Shown here piece after piece: positions 15,811-22,905 of a stretch of DNA of 22,905 nt. The stretch is from Candidatus Micrarchaeota archaeon (lineage in GTDB: Archaea; Iainarchaeota; Iainarchaeia; Iainarchaeales; JAGVWC01). The notes beneath the pieces are model-generated. The model saw only the letters and a program-made list of their open reading frames with translations. It did not search any database and was not told where the DNA came from. A program made the translations under genes and the position numbers. The DNA lies in contig JAZDJR010000030.1 of assembly GCA_043803815.1 (NCBI GenBank), positions 1 to 22,905 of the forward strand, given 5' to 3'. Each line of letters starts with the position of its first letter. Position 1 is the first letter of the stretch.

Positions 15811-17019
15811 ATGGTGCAAAAATTTTTGGTTATTCTTGTCTTTTCAGCACTTTTTGTTGTCTTAAGCGGCTGCACCACTCCCGCGCCTGTTTGCGGCAAT
15901 GGGCAATGCGAAAACCCCGAAAACGCGGAAAACTGCGCAGCGGACTGCCAACAGCAGGGATTCCACTTTGAGTGCTCAAACCAAAAATGCCAGCGGGTTT
16001 CGGGCCAGGGAAACAATTCCTGCGAAAGCGACAATGACTGCGCAATAGCCGCCACGCATCTTGAATGCCAAAACAACGCATGCCGAATTGTTGAAGGCGA
16101 AGGAGAAGACCAATGCCAAAGGGATTCGGACTGCAATGCATCCGGATGCATTGACTGCAGAGCGGTGCAACCGGAAACCTGCGCGGATTCCGACAATGGA
16201 AAAAATTATTACGAAAAAGGCACTGTTGCAATCGGAACAAAAACGTATTCCGATTCGTGCCAGGATGCGAACAAAGTACTGGAATATTATTGTTCAACCG
16301 CCACGCAACAACGGTCGGAACGGCACGTGTGCCCGAACGGTTGCAGCGATGGAAAATGCCAAATCGCATCGTGCACAGCCGGAGAGAAAAAATGCGAGCA
16401 AGACCAAGTGCTGAAATGCGGCACCAACAACGAATGGGCGCTTGAAGCGGAATGCTCCAACGGATGCCAGAATGCGGCCTGTGTTGCGGATTGGTGGTGC
16501 ATGAAACGAAAAATGTATAACCGATTCATGAGCCCGGGCGGTATTTTTGAGCTTATTCCTGTGGAAATAACTGAAACAACGCCCGGTTCCGGAGAATACC
16601 AGATTAAACTGCGGTATAAAAACTCCGACAATGGTATTACTGATATCAAAACCGTTGGGGAAAAAACTTATCTGAGCGATGTTTTTGGAACGGACGATGC
16701 AGGAAAAAAAATAGATTTTGACCGCAATTATTTTGTGGACGAAATCGGTTTTGAAGCGGAAACCGGCAAGAAATACTGGTTCCTTGCAAACGATTCTTGC
16801 AATCCCTGCGAACCCGGACAGCTGGCCTGCATTGGAGCCCAACAGCAGCAATGCAATGCAGAGGGAAACGGCTGGAGCCTCAAAGAGAACTGCTTTAACA
16901 ACTGTGACAATGAAGCCTGCCTTCCGCCCTGCACGCCGGGAGAGCAGAAATGCGAGGTGGGGGTCCTGCAAAAATGCACTGAAAAAGGAATCTGGCAGTT
17001 GAACGGTTTCTGCCCGTAA
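15811..17019 (+). CDS. Cys-rich repeat lipoprotein-like surface protein
   Basis: Lipobox-like VVLSG|C. Modules are CGNGQCE..ENC..DC, two EC...C..V.G.G...C..D.DC repeats, C.DSD.G.NYY.KGTV...LEYYC...CPNGC.DG.C, and three C..G...C.......C.....W.....C repeats. Confidence 0.88.
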   Translation: MVQKFLVILVFSALFVVLSGCTTPAPVCGNGQCENPENAENCAADCQQQGFHFECSNQKCQRVSGQGNNSCESDNDCAIAATHLECQNNACRIVEGEGEDQCQRDSDCNASGCIDCRAVQPETCADSDNGKNYYEKGTVAIGTKTYSDSCQDANKVLEYYCSTATQQRSERHVCPNGCSDGKCQIASCTAGEKKCEQDQVLKCGTNNEWALEAECSNGCQNAACVADWWCMKRKMYNRFMSPGGIFELIPVEITETTPGSGEYQIKLRYKNSDNGITDIKTVGEKTYLSDVFGTDDAGKKIDFDRNYFVDEIGFEAETGKKYWFLANDSCNPCEPGQLACIGAQQQQCNAEGNGWSLKENCFNNCDNEACLPPCTPGEQKCEVGVLQKCTEKGIWQLNGFCP

Positions 17020-17294
17020 AATGGGCGGCTTTTTCAATCGCCATTACAAAAGCGGACAATAACACGAAAAACGATTCTGTTGAAATCCTTTTAAAATCCG
17101 CAAACCGGTTTTTTAAAATTCGCAAATTTTGCCGATTAAACCAAGTTTATTTTTTGATTTTGAGAAATTCCACAAGGATGGAATAAAAAATCCGGCGAAC
17201 TGAACGGCTATCAAACGGCTTTTTTTATTGCCCGATAAGCCAGTGGCAAATGCTTGGAACCGAAGCATTGGGGAAGGCAAATGGGTAGTGCTTG

Positions 17295-17765
17295 TCAAGG
17301 ACTGCCAAAAGTGACGCTGCACTGAATGGTTCCAGGACAGTTTGGCGGGTCGGGAGCCATTGTCCGGCAGATGAATATGACATCAGTTTGAAGGTCAAAA
17401 AGGATTTCGGCTTTGCGAATTGAATTATTATTGAGTGTACTGATACGGTCGTCGTATGAAGTAAATGTTATGCAAAGCGGGCCGACCGGGGTGTTGTGGC
17501 CTAAGCCGATTCCGGAAAAAACCGTTCCTTTGCGGAACAATAGTTTTTCGCGCAGCACTTCGTCCCCTGTAGGCGTGTTTAACGCGATTTTGAATCCGTC
17601 GTAAAAGCGCCCTTCGGATAATTGCCATTGGACGCTTCGCACGCTTTCCACCACGCCCAGCACCAAAATAAGGATTAACAGGCCCAGCACCGCGCCGATT
17701 AACAATTTGAACGGCTCGAACTGGCCGGACTGGTTAATCCGTTGCAAATTTATTTTTTTTTTCAT
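17295..17765 (-). CDS. Pilin with class III signal peptide
   Basis: ...RINQSG|QFEPFKLLIGAVLGLLILILVLGVV, with four C-terminal Cys. The N-terminus resembles those of the pilins at 14721 and 15578. Confidence 0.85.
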   Translation of the reverse strand: MKKKINLQRINQSGQFEPFKLLIGAVLGLLILILVLGVVESVRSVQWQLSEGRFYDGFKIALNTPTGDEVLREKLLFRKGTVFSGIGLGHNTPVGPLCITFTSYDDRISTLNNNSIRKAEILFDLQTDVIFICRTMAPDPPNCPGTIQCSVTFGSP

Positions 17766-17963
17766 AAAAATTATTTCTTTTTTCTTTTTTTTGAACTGTC
17801 CGCACCGCCGCGCTTCGCGACTGCTTTGGGTCTAATCCTTTGATTCAATTTTAATTTTTTTTAATTAATTTTTATTTTTTTTACTCCTCAAACCGGTTCT
17901 ATTGAATTTTCAATTTTTTTATTCTTTGTTTTTTGCTTTATTATTTTTTTTGCTCTATTTTTT

Positions 17964-20342
17964 TTATCCTGTCAGGGAGGCGACGACGGTGTTGGAAGCA
18001 AGGACGCTTGCGATGAAAACCAGAATCGCAATCGGGAGGGCGCGTGACAAATTCATTTTGAACAGGGTGTCGTTGTCTTCCTGTATTTTGGTGTTAAAAT
18101 AAGTCATGATGATGACGATTTCCATGACGTAAACCGCAACGATAATCAAAAACAGGCCCGGAGACACAAGGGATTGGAATATTTCGGCGCCGGGCGCGAG
18201 CTTTCCAAGGTTGCCCAGCTGGCCAAAAGCGCTGGTGTTGACAAGGCCGGTGGCAGCGGAACTGGAGCTGATGGTGGAAAAATCGAAATTGGACGTCAAA
18301 TCGCTTTGCGCAAGGTTGGACAAGGTCAAAATAACGACTTTTTGGAGGCTGACCGTAATTCCCAAAATGACGGGCGCAATAAATGTAGCGGTGACCTGCA
18401 TCATTCCCGTAATGTCCGCAACCAAAATAACCAGCAATCGCGAGACTTTTTCGGAATTGGTCAATTGAAGCGAAAGCGAAATTAAGGTGCGCGCGCCGAC
18501 ATTGACGCCTAACTGCACCGAGTCCACCAATAGTTTCATGGAAGTGGTGATAATGTTGGAGTTCAGGTTTTTGAGCGAGCCGAAATTGGAGTCAAAAATC
18601 GCGGCTTCCAAAGGCAGCCCTAAAACGCGGATGTTTTCCACGGTTTTGCCGTATATGCGTTCGGCAATCAGGGTGTTGGGCAAAAATCCCCTAGTGTGCT
18701 GCAATGCTTCTTCAACCGGCTTGTTTTCGCCCATGCGCGAAGCTAAAATGTACAGGCTGTCGCGGAATTCGCTTTCCATTTGGGTTATTTGTTCCTGCAT
18801 TTTGCGTTTGTAGACGTTTCGGTAATACAGTCCCGCGCCGATTGAGGCCGTAATCGTAATGAGGCAGCCGAAAATCAAAAAATACGGGGTTACGTCGTTT
18901 CCGCCTTGCGCGAAAAACTTTTGGCGTTCCAAGGAAATTTCGGCTGCGACGCGTTCAGGGGAGGTCTGGCCGGAAGCCGAAAGTTTTATTTCAAGGGCTC
19001 CGCCTGGCTCGAAATAATCGCATTTTTTGACGTCGCGCTCCAAAACGTCGCAGATACTCTGGTCTTTTGGAATCAGAACGGTTTCTCCGACCGTGATTCC
19101 GTAGCTGCTTAAAAAAACCGAGGCGCCGATGCCGGCCGCAAGGAGAATAAAGACCACGAATCGCACGTCCAAAAAGCCCCTGCCGATTTTCATTTTCCAT
19201 TTTTTAGGCAGGTCGGGATGGTCGTCGGGGATTTCGGGGGACTGGTAGGTGGGCGGCCTTTTTTTGATGACGCTTCGCGCAAACAAAAACGCGGCAGCCG
19301 GAATGACGATGTTGTAAATCATGATTAAAATGTCCGCGCGCGCCAGGGGCTGTTTTGAAAACGCGCCGCCGACCGGTAAAATAATAATCAGAATCAAAGG
19401 CAACAACACTCCGAGGTAAAACAAAAAGACCGAGGGCTGGGACAGGTCGCGCGCGTATTGTTCCATTTTGTTTTTGACGGATTCCAATAATTCCACCATG
19501 GTCTTGTCCAATAAGGCAAAGCGCTTGGCTTCGGTATCTTCCAAAACGGATGCGCGCACCATCATCAGGGAACGCTTAAATTCTTCGGAAAATTTTCCCC
19601 AGCGGTACGCCAGGGCATCCATGGCTTCGGCCAGGGTATTGTAAACGCCCAATTGCACGTCCCAAATCGCTTTTTTAAAATCTTCCGCTATTTTTCCGCG
19701 GCCGTGTTCCGCCGCAAACTCGACTGCTTTTTCCAGGTTGGGAACCAGTTTCATGCTCATGGTCAGGTAACCGATGATTTCCGGAACATAAGTCAGGGCC
19801 TTGATCTGCTCGTCCGCAGCGGCTGCAAGAGGATACTGCTGCACGTACCGAACGACCAGTAAAGCTGCGGCCAAAAGCGGGATAAACAAATAAAAGTAGG
19901 GCAAAAAATCGCTGCTTAGCACTTTGGCCAAAAAGGATACCACGGAAACGTTTTGACAGGAGTCGTTTCCCGCGGCGTCCGGAATTCCGCAAAGCGGAAC
20001 CAATGGAACCGCAAACAATATTCCGGCTATTACAATGACGACAAAAAAGGCGAGAACCATGGACATGGTTACGCCGGCGTTGTATTCGTCGGACTTTAGG
20101 TCCCAGCCCAAAAAATCAACCGCGTTTTTGTGAACATCCGAAAAAGGCTGTTTTCCGCCGAACCCCGGAACGGCTTTTTTGGCCCATTTGCAGTAAAGCA
20201 CAAAACCGGTCTGAACAGGCTTGACCAGGCGGGTTTCACCGCTGCCTACTGCAAACCGGTCAATGGCAATGCTTTTGTATAGTTGCCCGGGCGAAGGCAT
20301 AAAATTCGCTTTTTGGTTTTGCTGTTCCCGTCTGGCTGCCAT
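17964..20342 (-). CDS. Type IV pilus/T2SS-F membrane platform protein (fused TadB/TadC-like)
   Basis: 792 aa with two T2SSF-like cytoplasmic units (PEIIGYLTMSMKLVPNLEKAV and EFRDSLYILASRMGENKPVEEAL), each followed by TM helices. It starts 1 nt downstream of the ATPase. Confidence 0.92.
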   Translation of the reverse strand: MAARREQQNQKANFMPSPGQLYKSIAIDRFAVGSGETRLVKPVQTGFVLYCKWAKKAVPGFGGKQPFSDVHKNAVDFLGWDLKSDEYNAGVTMSMVLAFFVVIVIAGILFAVPLVPLCGIPDAAGNDSCQNVSVVSFLAKVLSSDFLPYFYLFIPLLAAALLVVRYVQQYPLAAAADEQIKALTYVPEIIGYLTMSMKLVPNLEKAVEFAAEHGRGKIAEDFKKAIWDVQLGVYNTLAEAMDALAYRWGKFSEEFKRSLMMVRASVLEDTEAKRFALLDKTMVELLESVKNKMEQYARDLSQPSVFLFYLGVLLPLILIIILPVGGAFSKQPLARADILIMIYNIVIPAAAFLFARSVIKKRPPTYQSPEIPDDHPDLPKKWKMKIGRGFLDVRFVVFILLAAGIGASVFLSSYGITVGETVLIPKDQSICDVLERDVKKCDYFEPGGALEIKLSASGQTSPERVAAEISLERQKFFAQGGNDVTPYFLIFGCLITITASIGAGLYYRNVYKRKMQEQITQMESEFRDSLYILASRMGENKPVEEALQHTRGFLPNTLIAERIYGKTVENIRVLGLPLEAAIFDSNFGSLKNLNSNIITTSMKLLVDSVQLGVNVGARTLISLSLQLTNSEKVSRLLVILVADITGMMQVTATFIAPVILGITVSLQKVVILTLSNLAQSDLTSNFDFSTISSSSAATGLVNTSAFGQLGNLGKLAPGAEIFQSLVSPGLFLIIVAVYVMEIVIIMTYFNTKIQEDNDTLFKMNLSRALPIAILVFIASVLASNTVVASLTG

Positions 20343-20343
20343 T

Positions 20344-22650
20344 TTAGGGTCCTGCGGTTTTGGTTGTTCCGCTTTTTTTATTCAGCAAAGTCTGCACGAT
20401 ATTGTTTTGGACCCAATATTTCCATTTGCCCAGCAGCTGGTCGTAATCCACTTTTTTGCCCAAGGCCAATTGCTCTTCGCGCAAAATCATGTATTTGTTG
20501 TTGCAGACCGAATAATTTTCGGCTTCCAACAGTTCCGGCAGTTCCAGTTTGTTTTTCAGGTCGACCAAAAACGCCTTTGCGGAGGCATTGGCTTTGATTG
20601 AATCCCACATTTCGTTCATGTTTAGGCCGCTGGTTTTGGAGATTCGCTGGAATAATTCCGAATCTTTTAGGCTGTCTTCCTGAAAGCTCAATTTGTCGCC
20701 GCGCGCATCGTACAGCATCAAATCCAAAAGTCCGCCTTCCGTTTCGGGGTCGGTTGTCCAGTGCTTTTTGACTTCCGTTACCTGCGAAACGCGGCGCACG
20801 CGCTTTAAGGAACCTGAAAACCGAATCGGCCTTGCAACCACAATCACGTCGGTTGCCTTAAACGAAGTCGTCGGAACATCCAAATCGTTTACAACGCGGT
20901 CCCAGACGCTGTAGGCGGAGTCGCCGTGAATCGTTCCCAGTACGATGTTTCCCGCGGCGCCGACGCGCATGGCTTCGTACAAAACGCGCGCTTCCTTACT
21001 GCGAACCTCGCCGATAATTAATGCGGAATCGCCGAGGCGAAGTGCGGTACGCAGCGCTTCTTCCGGCGCAACTTCCGTATCCGAAGTTGAAATCGAAATC
21101 GGAGAGCGCGTTTTTAACCGCTGGATGTTAAAGCCGATGTTTTTCATGTATTCCGCTGGAATTTCGAGCGTGTCTTCCTGCACAATAATGCGCGCGTTCT
21201 GCAAAATTTCAAGCATAAGCGCTTGCAAAAGCGAAGTTTTTCCGGATCCGCGGCTTCCCGTCACCAGCATGGTGGCCTGCTGGTCGACAAAAAAGCTCAA
21301 CAGCCCCGCCCCAAGCGGATTGATGAAATTTTTGTCAATGAATTGGGGCAAAGTCCAAGGAGTGACTTTGTGCAGGCGAAACGCAAACGCGGTGCCGTCG
21401 GGTGCGAGCGGCTTTCCGATTACGGCTACGCGCGTATCCAAATCCGGCAAGTCAAAATCCAAAACAGGATGCACTTCATCGAATGGACGGCCGCTCATCG
21501 CGCGCATTTTTGAAACCAGCGAATTGGCTTCTTCTTCGGTGTACAAAATATTGGTCTGGCATTGGCCGTATTCGGAATGCACCACATAAATCGGCTTTTG
21601 GCCGATTGGGGAATCGAGATAAATATCGGTGAGGTTTCGGTCCTGCAAAATCAGTTCGAGTATTCCGTAGCCGACCGTGTAGCGCGCCACGATTTCGGAG
21701 AGTTCCACGGCTTCTTCGGCGGACAAAAAAATCTTGTTGGCCTGCGCGATGTCGTGGATGGTGGATTCGTAAATGCGCTCGAAGTAGCGCCGGCTTTTGG
21801 CAAGGCCGGATAACGTCGCGCGGCCGGGCTTATAGGAAGCCACGATTTCTTTTGTCTTGCTTAAAACAAAATATTTCTGGGGCGGCATCGTGTATTCGGG
21901 CGGATTGATAAAATACATTTTTTCGGTCTTGTTCGGATGGTTGAAAATCTGCACGCTGGCTTTTCCAATCGTGTATTCGTCCAATAATTCGAGTTCTTCC
22001 ATTTCGCGGAACAATAATCGCGAGCCGATAAAGGAAGGCTTGATTTCGCTTTCCAATAAAGTGTGGTAAATTTCCTTGGTGTCGGGAATTTCGCGGAGCT
22101 TTACGATGAATTCCTTGGTTTTGCCGATTAATTCGGTTTCCTCGAATTTTTTTTGCACATAGCGCAGGGTGTCCAGGTAAACCTGATTGCAGGCAACCAA
22201 ATTTTGCGTCGCGGACTTGCCTTTTTCGATTTCTTTTTTGATTTCTTGCAGGCACGTCAGGTAAGCCATGATGGGGTCAAAGCCGATCAAGTCGTGCGTA
22301 ATGCGCACAATCGCGTCGTGGCGTTCGCCGAAAAACTTTTCGCATTCCCCGTCCTGAACGCCTAAGTGCGCGTAGCTCCAAATCGATTCCAGTTCAAACG
22401 ATTTGATTAAGGTGGCCACTTGCTTGAGCATTTTGGTTTGGCTTTCGTCGTAAACGCGGTCGTAGACATCCGCCAAAACAATCAAATCGGCATCAACTTC
22501 CTGAAGCAGGGTCAAAACGTGAAACATGCAGGCGCGTTCGTCGGAAATGCTGGCCTGATAAACCGAGTTCTTGTAGTCGATTACGAGGTGCTTTTTGCCC
22601 CCGACGTCCTTTACGACGTAATCTCCCACTTCAAACTTGCCGATTTTCAC
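20344..22650 (-). CDS. Type II/IV secretion system ATPase (TadA/VirB11/ArlI family) with long N-terminal extension
   Basis: Walker A GSRGSGKT, Asp box QEDTLEI, ALRLGDS, Walker B LIIGEVR and His box GTIHG. GTG start with a GGTGA SD. Confidence 0.97.
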   Translation of the reverse strand: MKIGKFEVGDYVVKDVGGKKHLVIDYKNSVYQASISDERACMFHVLTLLQEVDADLIVLADVYDRVYDESQTKMLKQVATLIKSFELESIWSYAHLGVQDGECEKFFGERHDAIVRITHDLIGFDPIMAYLTCLQEIKKEIEKGKSATQNLVACNQVYLDTLRYVQKKFEETELIGKTKEFIVKLREIPDTKEIYHTLLESEIKPSFIGSRLLFREMEELELLDEYTIGKASVQIFNHPNKTEKMYFINPPEYTMPPQKYFVLSKTKEIVASYKPGRATLSGLAKSRRYFERIYESTIHDIAQANKIFLSAEEAVELSEIVARYTVGYGILELILQDRNLTDIYLDSPIGQKPIYVVHSEYGQCQTNILYTEEEANSLVSKMRAMSGRPFDEVHPVLDFDLPDLDTRVAVIGKPLAPDGTAFAFRLHKVTPWTLPQFIDKNFINPLGAGLLSFFVDQQATMLVTGSRGSGKTSLLQALMLEILQNARIIVQEDTLEIPAEYMKNIGFNIQRLKTRSPISISTSDTEVAPEEALRTALRLGDSALIIGEVRSKEARVLYEAMRVGAAGNIVLGTIHGDSAYSVWDRVVNDLDVPTTSFKATDVIVVARPIRFSGSLKRVRRVSQVTEVKKHWTTDPETEGGLLDLMLYDARGDKLSFQEDSLKDSELFQRISKTSGLNMNEMWDSIKANASAKAFLVDLKNKLELPELLEAENYSVCNNKYMILREEQLALGKKVDYDQLLGKWKYWVQNNIVQTLLNKKSGTTKTAGP

Positions 22651-22708
22651 GTTTTCACCGCGATTTTGCCCCGAAATTATGCTATATAGTATTCTCTTGG
22701 GCTAGGGG

Positions 22709-22722
22709 TCTTAGCGCTAAGA
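22709..22722. promoter_or_regulatory. Perfect 14-bp palindrome upstream of the ATPase, candidate operator
   Basis: TCTTAGCGCTAAGA lies between two TATA-like elements (22682-22689 and 22736-22743). Confidence 0.55.
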
Positions 22723-22780
22723 ATAGTGATTTCTATTATAAAATCCTATGGAAACCGATAGAAAAAGGGACTCCTGACAA

Positions 22781-22802
22781 TGGCGGTGGGTAACCACCGC
22801 CA
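22781..22802 (+). repeat. GC-rich hairpin with GNRA tetraloop
   Basis: TGGCGGTGG-GTAA-CCACCGCCA: a perfect 9-bp stem. Confidence 0.65.
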
Positions 22803-22905
22803 AAAAGAAAGGGTTTCTTGTAAGAGTTGGGCGAATCGTTGTTTGATGCTGGTTTTTGGCGGGTAATGAACGTAGCCGAGCCTAACGGCTGGGGGTTTGC
22901 GGCCA

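Noticed and set aside
17753-17762. A10 run right after the pilin ATG as a phase-variation switch
   Set aside because: A-runs are ubiquitous in this genome, and a downstream in-frame TTG could serve as start. It needs read-level evidence.
17771-17848. 25-aa basic ORF (MNQRIRPKAVAKRGGADSSKKRKKK) on the minus strand between the platform and pilin genes
   Set aside because: It has a TTG start without a nearby SD, and its Lys content is explained by A-tracts.
10904-22650. Archaellum operon
   Set aside because: There are no archaellin-type N-termini and no ArlH/ArlF/ArlG. The gene set fits a pilus.
196-22689. Numerous short overlapping or antisense ORFs in the track (e.g. 196-465, 736-1059, 6167-6754, 16294-17037, 20945-21589)
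   Set aside because: They are shadow frames of longer, motif-supported genes and have no recognisable features.
125-22780. 11-bp inverted match TTGTCAGGAGT (125-135) / ACTCCTGACAA (22770-22780) bracketing nearly the whole window like TGT...ACA transposon ends
   Set aside because: There is no target-site duplication or cognate transposase, a housekeeping PAC2 gene lies inside, and a match this short is expected by chance.
22880-22905. GCCTAAC as the R'' box of an integron attC site
   Set aside because: It is only a 7-mer, the complementary arm would lie outside the window, and no cassette ORF or integrase is seen.

Overview
Archaeal window, most likely from a DPANN lineage. An Iainarchaeota/Diapherotrites-like origin is my inference from gene style (GGTGA-type SD sites, TATA boxes, class III signal peptides, PAC2 chaperone). 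The right half (10.9-22.65 kb, minus strand) is a type IV pilus/Tad-like locus. It has a 768-aa secretion ATPase, a 792-aa fused TadB/TadC-like platform and seven pilin-like genes, one of them a 56-aa pilin missing from the ORF track. An RHH/RelE-type toxin-antitoxin pair and an oppositely oriented Cys-rich lipoprotein interrupt it. Next to it lie two divergent gene pairs of unknown function. One pair is a polytopic membrane protein plus a 1556-aa C-terminally anchored surface protein. The other is two membrane proteins with long acidic disordered tails, one ending in a C8 zinc finger with FYVE-like spacing. The left end holds an apparently intact 1174-bp DDE insertion sequence (11-bp TIRs, 9-bp TSD), a 372-bp deleted IS remnant with perfect 16-bp TIRs, a small membrane ORF and a PAC2/PbaA-family proteasome chaperone with an HbYX tail. 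I saw no rRNA, tRNA, CRISPR array or prepilin peptidase. All family calls come from motif recognition by eye, not database searches.
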